NCBI GenBank assembly: GCA_021809845.1
Contig: JAJZJW010000003.1
Coordinates: forward strand, 21,785 to 85,784
Origin: a bacterium
GTDB lineage: Bacteria; SZUA-79; Acidulodesulfobacterales; Acidulodesulfobacteraceae
Length of the DNA: 64,000 nt
Direction of reading: 5' to 3'
In this document: piece by piece, positions 36,649 to 45,268 of the stretch
Numbering within the stretch: position 1 is the first letter of the stretch
Layout: each line of letters begins with the position of its first letter
Notes under the pieces: generated by a model
Seen by the model: only the letters and a program-made list of their open reading frames with translations
Databases searched by the model: none
Told to the model about the DNA's origin: nothing
Made by a program: the position numbers and the translations under genes

Positions 36649-37551
36649 TTATATAGCCCTCACTAAGTTTAAAAGCCCTTGATTGACCGTAGAAGCTTGA
36701 GAAAGCATAGCTTCTCCAGATTGGGCTAATGTTGAAAGTAGCGTATATTGAGCGGTCTCCTTAGCAAAATTTACGTCCATTATATTATTATACGCTGCTG
36801 AAGTATTTGTGCCTTCCGTCTGAAGATTAGTCAAAATCTGCGTAACCCTGTTTTGATAAGAACCAAGCTGACCGCTAATACCGGAAACCTGGTTTATGGC
36901 ATTCTGAACAGCGGAAAGAGCGACTAATGCAGAAGTATTATCAGTAGTTGAACCAACTAGATTCACATTGTTTAGAGACGATACAACATTGCTGCCACTA
37001 GTTAATCCAAGATATTTAGCTTCAACACCCTGTATAGATACGGAAATTTGACTTGTAGTAGTGTCCGAATTGGTACCTATCTGAAACGTAAAATTATTTA
37101 CACCAATAGTACTAGGACTGGTTCCGCCTGTCAGAAGGCTAAGACCGTTAAAAGACGTAGAACTCGCTATCTGGGTAATTTCCGAAGCTAGCTGAGTAAA
37201 TTCGCTATTAAGCGCCTGCAAATTTTGAGTGCTGTTAGTGCCGTTAGCAGCGTTAGTAGCAAGAGTCTGCATAGTTCCCAACATACCCTGTATTGTCGAC
37301 AATGCACCCGATGCGATGTTAATTAATGAATTGCCGTTGTTCGCATTTGCCGTTGCCTGCGTGATGCCTAAACCAGTAGCGTTTAATCCCTGGGCTATTT
37401 CATAGCCTGCAGGATTAACCCATGCGCCTGTAATTTTAAGACCGCTGGAAAGTTCGTTTAACGCCTGACCTAACTGGTTATTGGTATTTTGGAGATTTGT
37501 TTCTGCAATAACTGCAGATTGATTTGAGTTGATAAAGAGACCGTTGTACAT
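36649..37551 (-). CDS. fliC: flagellin
   Basis: N-terminal D0/D1 pattern (INSNQSAVIAETNLQNTNNQLGQALNELSSGLKI) and C-terminal pattern (DVNFAKETAQYTLLSTLAQSGEAMLSQA...LLNLV). Ser/Thr/Asn-rich core. Gene order flagellin-flaG-fliD-fliS. Confidence 0.85.
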   Translation of the reverse strand: MYNGLFINSNQSAVIAETNLQNTNNQLGQALNELSSGLKITGAWVNPAGYEIAQGLNATGLGITQATANANNGNSLINIASGALSTIQGMLGTMQTLATNAANGTNSTQNLQALNSEFTQLASEITQIASSTSFNGLSLLTGGTSPSTIGVNNFTFQIGTNSDTTTSQISVSIQGVEAKYLGLTSGSNVVSSLNNVNLVGSTTDNTSALVALSAVQNAINQVSGISGQLGSYQNRVTQILTNLQTEGTNTSAAYNNIMDVNFAKETAQYTLLSTLAQSGEAMLSQASTVNQGLLNLVRAI

Positions 37552-37560
37552 TTTTTTATC

Positions 37561-37595
37561 CTCCGTGATAAATTATTTTGCCGTCCGTGGCAAAA
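37561..37595 (-). promoter_or_regulatory. flagellin 5' leader: hairpin with a GGA loop plus GGA-containing Shine-Dalgarno (CsrA-type site architecture)
   Basis: mRNA sense: UUUUGCC-ACGGAC-GGCAAAA, then AUCACGGAGGAUAAAAAAAUG. CACGGA occurs twice, once in the loop and once over the SD. Confidence 0.35.
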
Positions 37596-37667
37596 TTTTT
37601 AATTAATTTAAATGACTTTGATTTGGACTGTTAACAAATAACAGCCTTTCATTTTTCTCTCACTTGT

Positions 37668-37695
37668 TTATCGTCACTAACAAAAAAAAACTTTA
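37668..37695 (-). promoter_or_regulatory. sigma28 (FliA)-type promoter for flagellin
   Basis: Minus strand reads TAAAGTTT-N12-GACGATAA versus consensus TAAAGTTT-N11-GCCGATAA, ~120 nt upstream of the ATG. Confidence 0.55.
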
Positions 37696-37875
37696 ATTTT
37701 TTTTAATTATTTTAATTAGAGACAATTTTATTGCGGACAGACACTTTTTTTATATGGTTGATTTTTTTAAGGTAAAAATAGGCGCCTGTCGCTAATTATC
37801 TAATTATCTAATCATCCTAATTATTTTCTGATTTTCTGATTTTCTGCAATGAACAATTATGTAATTACAAAAATA

Positions 37876-39681
37876 TTAAACATTATTCCACATATCAAAC
37901 ATTGCTTTCTCAAAATCTTTGGCAAATCTTGTACCGTCAAACAAAGTCGACTTTAAAGACATATTTCTAAGTTCTGCTCTCAAACCTGCAAGTTCATCAA
38001 TATTTGAACTGAGGTCTTTTGCTTTTTTTATGCATTCTTCTTTATTTTGCGCAACAAAATGCGGTATGCCGACATTATTCGCTATGCTTTCGCCTACGCG
38101 GGATACGAACCTGTCCCCTTTAAGCGTTAATACAGGTACGCCCATATATACGGATTCCGCACTGGTAACACCGCCATTGTACGGGAAAGGGTCAAGAGCA
38201 ATATCTATTTTATTATAAGACGCAAGCAGTTCCGCTCTCGGAGATGCTCCTTCTAAAATTATTCTTTTCTGAGCTTCAGCTATACCCCTGTCTTTAAATT
38301 TTTTAAGTAAAATATCGCACACGTTTTTATCTCCTATCTGCTTTGCCTTTAAAAACAATTTTGCAGCCGGAATTTGCAGCAGTATTTCAGACCATAGCGA
38401 TACAACCTCATCGTTAATCTTGGCAAGATTATTAAAACAGCCAAAGGTTATAAAACCGTTCCTTATAGCAGGCAGCTCTTCCACCTGCAGTGCTTCAGCA
38501 GGGGGCGCAAGGCACACATATGAACCTGGAAACCGGTATATTTTTTCGTTAAAATGGCTTTCTTCGCTTTCAGTCGCAGTATAATAATCTCCTATAAAAT
38601 AATCAATTTCTTTTACTCCGGTACTCGCAGGATATCCAAACCAACTTACCTGCACCGGCGCCGGTTTATATGCAAAAATAGGCAGACGATTAAATCTCGT
38701 ATGTCCGGATAGGTCTATTAAAATGTTAATGTTTTCATTATAGATTATCTCTGCTGATTCTTTGTCATTTTTATCATAAATAGCAGTCCACTTTTTAAAA
38801 TAAGGTTTTATTCTCCACGTTAGTTCATCTTCAGCATTATGTGAGCTATAAGCATATAATTCTACATTGTTTATGCTGCTAAGCATATTTTCTAGTAAAA
38901 GTCCGACTGAATGATTTCTGAAATCTCCGGATACAAAACCGACTTTCAGTTTATCTTTGGATTTTGAAATATTATAATTATAATTTGTAAATCTGCGGTT
39001 AACGGCGCGATTAATTAAATCTCCATATTTTCCAGCCCATTCTTTATAATATGAGATGTTAAAATCAGGATTATAATTCATACCCATAAGCATATTATCG
39101 TAAGCTTGCAAACTGTCCGGTTTTAACTCTAACGCACGCAGATAAGAAAGCTGAGCTTCGGAGTGAGCGCCTATCTCATTAAACGCATTGCCTAAATTGT
39201 AATAAGCTTCGGCAAAATCCGGTTTAAGTTCAATGGCTTTGAGGCAAATAGCCTGTGCGTCCGATGGTCTTCCGGTATTGTTCAGCACACTACCCAGATT
39301 ATGATATGCTATTGCAAGACCCGGCTGCAGCTCTATCGCTTTTAGAGAGTAACTCTGTGCCTCATGATATCTGTTAATGTCTTGAAGGGAAGCGGATAAA
39401 TTGCTATATGTCAGTGCATCTGCCGGATCCAGTTCTATTGCTTTTTGCATGGCCCCAATAGATTCATGCGTTTTGCCAAGCATTTTTAAGATTGCGCCGA
39501 GCGCTTTCCATCCAAAAGCATAATCTGGAAATTTTTCGGTCAAATCCTGAGCAAAAAACTGAGCTTCAGCATAATTTCCCTTATCAAAAAGCGCAATTAT
39601 AACCTCTTTTTCTTTGTTTCTATCTTTATTATGAATATTATCAAAATATTCAGCTTGCGCCGCCTTGAAATTTTTCGTCAT
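37876..39681 (-). CDS. TPR-repeat / GT41 (SPY/OGT-like, COG3914) glycosyltransferase; candidate flagellin glycosyltransferase
   Basis: ~5 N-terminal TPR units (AxxxxxKAIELxPxxAxAYxNLG repeated). The C-terminal VGFVSGDFRNHSVGLLLENML...DLSGHT...LDPFPYNGGVTSAESVYMGVPVLTL is typical of SPY-family GT41. Sits immediately upstream of flagellin. Confidence 0.75.
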   Translation of the reverse strand: MTKNFKAAQAEYFDNIHNKDRNKEKEVIIALFDKGNYAEAQFFAQDLTEKFPDYAFGWKALGAILKMLGKTHESIGAMQKAIELDPADALTYSNLSASLQDINRYHEAQSYSLKAIELQPGLAIAYHNLGSVLNNTGRPSDAQAICLKAIELKPDFAEAYYNLGNAFNEIGAHSEAQLSYLRALELKPDSLQAYDNMLMGMNYNPDFNISYYKEWAGKYGDLINRAVNRRFTNYNYNISKSKDKLKVGFVSGDFRNHSVGLLLENMLSSINNVELYAYSSHNAEDELTWRIKPYFKKWTAIYDKNDKESAEIIYNENINILIDLSGHTRFNRLPIFAYKPAPVQVSWFGYPASTGVKEIDYFIGDYYTATESEESHFNEKIYRFPGSYVCLAPPAEALQVEELPAIRNGFITFGCFNNLAKINDEVVSLWSEILLQIPAAKLFLKAKQIGDKNVCDILLKKFKDRGIAEAQKRIILEGASPRAELLASYNKIDIALDPFPYNGGVTSAESVYMGVPVLTLKGDRFVSRVGESIANNVGIPHFVAQNKEECIKKAKDLSSNIDELAGLRAELRNMSLKSTLFDGTRFAKDFEKAMFDMWNNV

Positions 39682-39714
39682 TAATTAGTTTGCTTATCTA
39701 AAAAATGTTTGTTT

Positions 39715-39775
39715 ATATTTTTATCATATGCCTGTTTATATGCTTGTTTATATGCCTGTTTATATGCTTGTTTTA
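39715..39775. repeat. 12-bp tandem repeat containing the aroK stop codon
   Basis: ATATGC(C/T)TGTTT x4-5. The last unit encodes the final codons TSI* of aroK. Confidence 0.85.
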
Positions 39776-40410
39776 ACTAATTTTAAAAATATTTTTATTT
39801 CGTCTGCCACGCCTTCGGGTGATATTCCATCTGTATATATAATTAAATCTGCCTGTGTGTAAAATTGCTCCCTTTTATATAATAAATTTTCAATATCTAA
39901 TATAGAAAAATCTCTTTTGCCTAGGACAGGTCTATGTTTTGTCTCTTTTATCCTTTCGTAAATAGTATCCGGTCTTGCCTTAAGATAAATAACGGCTCCT
40001 TTATCTTTCAAAAATTTGATATTATCATTAGAGCAGGGCATTCCGCCGCCTGTTGCAATTACACAATAGACATTTTTATCATTTTTATCATTTTCATCAT
40101 TAACTATTTTATTATTTTTATCATTTTTATCATTTTTATCATTTTTATCATTAACTATTTTATTATTATTATCATTAGCATAATTACAAGTTTCACAGTT
40201 TGCAGTAAAATTTTTAATAAACTCCGCTTCTAAATTTCTAAAATAATCCTCGCCATTTAACTTAAATATTTCAGTGATTGTTTTATGCTCTTTATTTTCT
40301 ATTATATCGTCAGAATCTATAAAATTATAATTTAATTTCTTAGCTAGAATTTTTCCTGTTTCACTTTTACCCGCCCCCATAAATCCAACTAAAAAAATAT
40401 TATTTTTCAC
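39760..40410 (-). CDS. aroK: shikimate kinase with Asn/Asp/Lys repeat insertion
   Basis: P-loop LVGFMGAGKSETGK, DSDDIIE and ATGGG motifs. GTG start. An insertion NDNNNKIVNDKNDKNDKNDKNNKIVNDENDKNDKN lies between conserved blocks. Confidence 0.85.
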   Translation of the reverse strand: MKNNIFLVGFMGAGKSETGKILAKKLNYNFIDSDDIIENKEHKTITEIFKLNGEDYFRNLEAEFIKNFTANCETCNYANDNNNKIVNDKNDKNDKNDKNNKIVNDENDKNDKNVYCVIATGGGMPCSNDNIKFLKDKGAVIYLKARPDTIYERIKETKHRPVLGKRDFSILDIENLLYKREQFYTQADLIIYTDGISPEGVADEIKIFLKLVKTSI

Positions 40411-40567
40411 TTTAAACCTGACCTATATACGCTTTGCTTGGTTTAATATATATTTATATATACTTATAAAATATTATTTTTCATTGTAAGTCTGAACTAT
40501 ATATTCTTTGTAATTATGCTTTATTTTTCTTTGTAAACTTGGGCTATATATCCTTTGTAATTATGTT
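40400..40567. repeat. three related ~47-bp copies spanning the aroC 3' end, the spacer and the aroK start
   Basis: TTATTTTTC(T/A)(T/C)T(G/T)TAA.. copies begin at 40521 (real aroC stop TAA), 40474 and 40400 (contains the aroK GTG start). Confidence 0.7.
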
Positions 40568-41993
40568 TTATTTCTGCAAGACTGTCGCCGCCAAATTTTT
40601 TAAGAAAAAAAAGGCATATCGTAAATGCAAGGGCTGATTCGCATACCACTGAAGCAGCCGGAACAGCGCATACATCGCTTCTTTCAAGAAAAGCTTTTTC
40701 CTGTTCGCAGGTTGTCAAATTAACAGTATTCAAATATGGTTTCATAAGCGTCGGGATAGGTTTCATTGCGCATTTAACGGAAATAATCTCTCCGTTTGAC
40801 ATTCCGCCTTCTATGCCTCCCGCATTATCTGTTTTTCTGTAATATTTTTTTCTTGCCCTTTCTTCGTCGGAGCAATTTTTAATATTAAGAGCGGTATGAC
40901 TGCTGCAATAAATGGAATCTTGGAAATCGGAGCCGCGCGAAAAACCTGCTTTAGTACCTGCGCCTATTTCCACACTTTTCATAGCCTGTATGCTCATTAT
41001 AGAGAACGCAATATGCGCATCCAATTTTTCATCCCACTGAGTAAAACTTCCAAGACCTATGGGAACATTTTTAATTTGTACCATAATAATACCGCCAACC
41101 GTATCGCCTTCTTTTTTTAATTCGTCAATCAATTTCTTTACTTTTTGTTCATTTTCCGGAAAAGGCATGCGCAAATCAGAATTTTGAATATGTAATAAAA
41201 TTTCATCATCAAATAAATCAACGGGTAAGGCTGCGGCATTATCGCGGTCTATTATCAACTCTCTTTTAATTTTACTATTTCCTGCAACATTTTCATCTAT
41301 GCCCCCTCTATAATTTATGCCGTTTATATTATCTTTGTTTATATTATTTATGCCGTTTATATTATCTTTGTTTATATTATTTATGCCGTTTATATTATCT
41401 TTGTTTATATTATTTATGCTGTTTATATTATCTTTGTTTATATTATTTATGCTGTTTATATTATCTTTGTTTATATTATCTTTATCAGGAGCTGCGCCTA
41501 TACCGCCAATACTCAGAACAGCTGAAGAAAACTGTATATTAAACTCCTCTAAAAGAAGCTCGCATATAGCACCTACCGCAACCCTTGAAGCTGTTTCTCT
41601 GGCGCTTGAACGCTCAAGAACGTTTCTTATATCATCAAGATTATATTTTATAGAACCTGCAAAATCTGCATGCCCGGGTCTTGGAATATGTATTTTAATA
41701 TCCTCTTGAACCGGCTTATATGCATCCATTCTATCTTTCCAATTTTCATAATCCTTGTTTTTTATAAAAAAAGAAATAGGCGAACCGGTTGTAAAGCCGC
41801 CTCTAACACCGGATATAAACTCTATCTCATCCTTTTCTATCTTCTGTCTTGCGCCTCTGCCATAACCAGACTGTCTCAAGGCTAACTTTTCGTTTATAAA
41901 ATTTTCATCTATTTTAACACCTGAAGGAAAATTATCTATTATTGTAACAAGACCTTTGCCATGTGATTCGCCTGCAGTCATGAACCTGAGCAT
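40521..41993 (-). CDS. aroC: chorismate synthase with ~60-aa tandem-repeat insertion
   Basis: MLRFMTAGESHGKGL, RPGHADF, SARETA and GDTVGG motifs. 490 aa against ~360 typical. Confidence 0.9.
   Translation of the reverse strand: MLRFMTAGESHGKGLVTIIDNFPSGVKIDENFINEKLALRQSGYGRGARQKIEKDEIEFISGVRGGFTTGSPISFFIKNKDYENWKDRMDAYKPVQEDIKIHIPRPGHADFAGSIKYNLDDIRNVLERSSARETASRVAVGAICELLLEEFNIQFSSAVLSIGGIGAAPDKDNINKDNINSINNINKDNINSINNINKDNINGINNINKDNINGINNINKDNINGINYRGGIDENVAGNSKIKRELIIDRDNAAALPVDLFDDEILLHIQNSDLRMPFPENEQKVKKLIDELKKEGDTVGGIIMVQIKNVPIGLGSFTQWDEKLDAHIAFSIMSIQAMKSVEIGAGTKAGFSRGSDFQDSIYCSSHTALNIKNCSDEERARKKYYRKTDNAGGIEGGMSNGEIISVKCAMKPIPTLMKPYLNTVNLTTCEQEKAFLERSDVCAVPAASVVCESALAFTICLFFLKKFGGDSLAEIKHNYKGYIAQVYKEK
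41317..41481 (-). repeat. 33-bp in-frame tandem repeat x5 inside aroC
   Basis: TATGC(C/T)GTTTATATTATCTTTGTTTATATTATT x5 encodes (INNINKDNIN[SG])n. Confidence 0.95.
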
Positions 41994-42117
41994 ATTTTAT
42001 TATCCTCTTAAAAACATACTTGCGTTTTCTTAATCATAAATCTTTATAATATTTTATTTATCTTTAATAATATTTTTATTAAGTAATATTTTTATTAAAT
42101 ATTAATTTTAATTGTCT

Positions 42118-43005
42118 TCAATATCCGCTTTCTATCATGGCATAAGCATTATGATTATGGATACTTTCAAAGTTTTCCGCCTCAACCTTAAATCGTATGA
42201 TATTTTTATTTTTCTTTAATTTACCTGCAACGCACCTTACCACATCTTCCACAAACATGGGATTCTCATAGGCATGTTCGGTAACAAATCGTTCGTCTGC
42301 TCTTTTTAAAAGAGAATATATAGGAGAACTGGCGCACAATTCTACATCGGTTATTATATCTTCGAACCATATCAATTTTGAAAATTCAAGCGAGACAGAT
42401 ACTATTCCTCTCTGATTGTGTGCTCCGTATTTTGATATTTCCTTAGAACAAGGGCAGAGAGTATTAATAGGCACTTTTACGCCTATTATAATAATGCTTT
42501 CGTCACCCTCATCTCTTTCTTCATTCACTTTCTTTTCATTTTTTATGCGTGCGGCCGCAACTTTATTTTTATCCGCATCGGCATATATTTTACCGTTATC
42601 GGCATAATCCGCTTTTTTACTCTTAATCGTGCCGTTATAATAGCAAATATATTCCATCAGGCTTTTTTTTCCGCTGACGGGAGCGCTTTTCTCTATAAAA
42701 TACGGAAATTCTATTTCTACCGAAGCCGAACCCGCATTTAAAACCCGCTTAATCTTTCTTAGTATATCGGGAAAATTAACTATGCTTATTTCGCCCCTGT
42801 GCTCGTTTAAAACCTCTAAAAAACGGCTCATATGCGTTCCTTTAAAGTAATGGGGAAGGTCGACGTACATACTTATATCGGCTACGGTGTGTTGGAAGGA
42901 CTTTTTTTTATCGAGAACGGACACAGGATAATGCAGGTTTTTTATTCCCACTTTATCTATGGCTATACCTCTTTTATCCTTTGAATTTTGAACATCAGTC
43001 AACAT
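42118..43005 (-). CDS. folE2: GTP cyclohydrolase FolE2/MptA (type IB) with charged insertion
   Basis: N-terminal DVQNSKDKRGIAIDKVGIKNLHYPV and CPCSKEISKYGAHNQRG are FolE2 hallmarks. There is a ~45-aa insertion (KADYADNGKIYADADKNKVAAARIKNEKKVNEERDEGDES). Confidence 0.8.
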   Translation of the reverse strand: MLTDVQNSKDKRGIAIDKVGIKNLHYPVSVLDKKKSFQHTVADISMYVDLPHYFKGTHMSRFLEVLNEHRGEISIVNFPDILRKIKRVLNAGSASVEIEFPYFIEKSAPVSGKKSLMEYICYYNGTIKSKKADYADNGKIYADADKNKVAAARIKNEKKVNEERDEGDESIIIIGVKVPINTLCPCSKEISKYGAHNQRGIVSVSLEFSKLIWFEDIITDVELCASSPIYSLLKRADERFVTEHAYENPMFVEDVVRCVAGKLKKNKNIIRFKVEAENFESIHNHNAYAMIESGY

Positions 43006-43012
43006 TAAAATA

Positions 43013-43309
43013 TTAATATAATTTCTTAAAAACCTGATTATGAGTTTCTAATGCAACAAGGTAAAGGGTTTGAGATTTTTTATCGATTTTAAAAATTAAT
43101 AACCAATCGTTTTTTATATGAATTGCTTCATAGCTGTTAAAATTGCCTTTTAAATTATGTCTTTTATATATTAAATCGACAGGCTTTTCTTCTTGCAGAT
43201 TAATAATTATACTTTTAAGAATTTCAAAATCTAATTTTGGATGCTTGCCGCTAATTTTATCTCGCTCTATATCTTTTTTATAATGTTTTTCGATTTTTAT
43301 TTTTAACAT
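43013..43309 (-). CDS. yafQ: type II toxin, YafQ/RelE-family mRNA interferase
   Basis: RHNLKGNFNSYEAIHIKNDWLLIFKIDKKSQTLYLVALETHNQVF parallels YafQ (H-L-G-W-GYR-HI-PDWLLIY). Confidence 0.75.
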   Translation of the reverse strand: MLKIKIEKHYKKDIERDKISGKHPKLDFEILKSIIINLQEEKPVDLIYKRHNLKGNFNSYEAIHIKNDWLLIFKIDKKSQTLYLVALETHNQVFKKLY

Positions 43310-43341
43310 TTAACATTTAAAATTAAGGAAAGAAATAATTT

Positions 43342-43596
43342 TTAAATGCCGAGTTCCCTGAATAAATCTTCCGCTGTATTATATGTTTCTGTATTTATAT
43401 CTTTTTCTAAATTATTTATTCGTTTTTTGATATCCTCGGAAGGTAATGCCAATTCAAACGGAATTTTTTTTTCGATAGAAACTACCGCTAAAAATAAATT
43501 AACAGCATCTCCAAAACTCAGTCCCAAGGCATCGAACACCTCTTTTGAATCATTATAAAATTCATTATCTATTCTGACACTTGTTTGTCTTTTCAT
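43342..43596 (-). CDS. dinJ: type II antitoxin, DinJ/RelB family
   Basis: SVRIDNEFYNDSKEVFDALGLSFGDAVNLFLAVVSIEKKIPFEL matches the DinJ ribbon-helix-helix pattern. Directly upstream of the toxin. Confidence 0.75.
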   Translation of the reverse strand: MKRQTSVRIDNEFYNDSKEVFDALGLSFGDAVNLFLAVVSIEKKIPFELALPSEDIKKRINNLEKDINTETYNTAEDLFRELGI

Positions 43597-43726
43597 TCAA
43601 CAACCCACCCCATTATTTAATAGTATAATGCAAATGGAGTATAAAATCAAGCAGAAATTATGCTCAGCTTTTTATAATTCTTGGAAATTTACTTATCTGA
43701 TTTGTTTTATGTGTCGCAATTTAACA

Positions 43727-45166
43727 CTAACCTTTTATAATCTTGGGCGTAATGAAAATCAATAATTGGTCTTTTGAATAGCTGATACTTCTTGATTTAA
43801 AGAGCCATCCTAATAGCGGAATATCCATAAGACCCGGAATGCCGCTCGTCGATGTGCTTTTATTTAATTCGTAAACCCCGCCTATCGCTACCGTATTATT
43901 ATTATTAACTATAACAGTTGAATTTGCGCTTTCGGTGTCTAAGGTCGCCTGAGCTCCTGAAACAGGCGGCGCAACCGAATCATTTGAAGAATTTATCGTT
44001 AATTTAACGCTGCCGTTAGACATAATATGCGGTGTTATTGAAAGAGATATCTGCGCCGTAATAGCCTGAGGAGCCGCAACTGCACCTACGCCAGCAACTG
44101 AAGGCAAATATAATGTTTCTCCTTTTGCGATGGTGGCCGTCTGATTATTAAGCACTACGACTTTAGGCGATGCAATGCTTTTTGCTTTAGCCAAACTTTC
44201 TAATGCCTGCAGCGTTGCGGTAATACTCGCATATTGATTTACTATTCCTACCGAAAAAGTACCTGGCGACGGCGTTGTCAGCGCAGGAGCGCCTGCGGTA
44301 GGGGTAATCAGTCCCGGTCCTGCCGGCGTGCCCGCCAGCTGACCTGCAAAATAATTTGGCATAGCAGCCATATTTGTATCACCCGGTGCGGCGGCTGCAT
44401 AACCCCCTTCCCAGTTAATACCCAATTGAGTAGAATATGATTGGCTAACTTCAACCATTTTAGCTGTAATTTCAACTTCAGGTGTTCTTCTGTCAAGTTC
44501 TTTTACGAGATTTTCAGCTTTTATAACATTTTTCCTAATATCAGTCACGATGAGTGCATGCATAGACTTATCAACCATTACCTTGCCTTCCGGGCTTAGC
44601 ACTGTTTTTACTTTGGGGATTAAACCGGCAACATTAACGTAATTTATAGGAATAATTTTTGTTATTTTTGGTCCGGATATCGCCTTTGCTTTTTTTTGTG
44701 CAGAGATAATGGAAGCAATGGAACTTGATGAATTAATATAATATATGCCGTCTTTTTTAACTATTCCAAGCCCGTAAGCGTCAAGTATAACTGAAAATAT
44801 CTTGTTTAGAGGAACATTGTGCATTTTCATCGTTACCGTGCCTTTTACGTTGGAGCCTATCAAAACATTCATATTTGAAACTTTTGCAATCATTCGTATG
44901 ACATCAACTAAACTTGCATTTTGAAAATCAAAACTTACACGCATATTCGAGGGGTCGACAAACAATTTTCTGACTGTTTTCTGTCTCGAAACACCTTTAG
45001 AATTTTTGGCAAATGAACTCGCTTGAAATAATATGAGAGTTAAAAATAAAAATATTGATAAAAATACAGCCGGCAGAAAAATAAGCCTCTTAGCCGTAAA
45101 CATCGTTTTGATGTTAACTTTTTTATCCTCTTCTATTATTTTTTTTCTGCTACTTGTTATATCCAT
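43727..45166 (-). CDS. pilQ: type IV pilus secretin PilQ
   Basis: Secretin C-terminal signature GIPGLMDIPLLGWLFKS...QLLIFITPKII. Secretin_N-like repeats. Follows pilMNOP. Confidence 0.85.
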   Translation of the reverse strand: MDITSSRKKIIEEDKKVNIKTMFTAKRLIFLPAVFLSIFLFLTLILFQASSFAKNSKGVSRQKTVRKLFVDPSNMRVSFDFQNASLVDVIRMIAKVSNMNVLIGSNVKGTVTMKMHNVPLNKIFSVILDAYGLGIVKKDGIYYINSSSSIASIISAQKKAKAISGPKITKIIPINYVNVAGLIPKVKTVLSPEGKVMVDKSMHALIVTDIRKNVIKAENLVKELDRRTPEVEITAKMVEVSQSYSTQLGINWEGGYAAAAPGDTNMAAMPNYFAGQLAGTPAGPGLITPTAGAPALTTPSPGTFSVGIVNQYASITATLQALESLAKAKSIASPKVVVLNNQTATIAKGETLYLPSVAGVGAVAAPQAITAQISLSITPHIMSNGSVKLTINSSNDSVAPPVSGAQATLDTESANSTVIVNNNNTVAIGGVYELNKSTSTSGIPGLMDIPLLGWLFKSRSISYSKDQLLIFITPKIIKG

Positions 45167-45268
45167 AATGCCTCCAGCACCCCTGAACCGTTCTTATTTC
45201 ATTCTGAATTTATGTGTAATTTATATGTAATCTATATTCAAGATATATAATATTAGTATATAAATAAT

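Noticed and set aside
37576-37595. Guanidine-II (mini-ykkC) riboswitch, because of the ACGG-containing hairpin loop
   Set aside because: Only one hairpin is present where mini-ykkC needs two similar ACGR hairpins. The downstream gene is flagellin, not a guanidine transporter or carboxylase.
41317-41709. Plus-strand ORFs antisense to aroC (and 39934-40233 antisense to aroK)
   Set aside because: These are shadow ORFs across in-frame repeats of well-supported minus-strand genes. They are hydrophobic poly-Phe/Ile/Leu translations of A-rich coding DNA.
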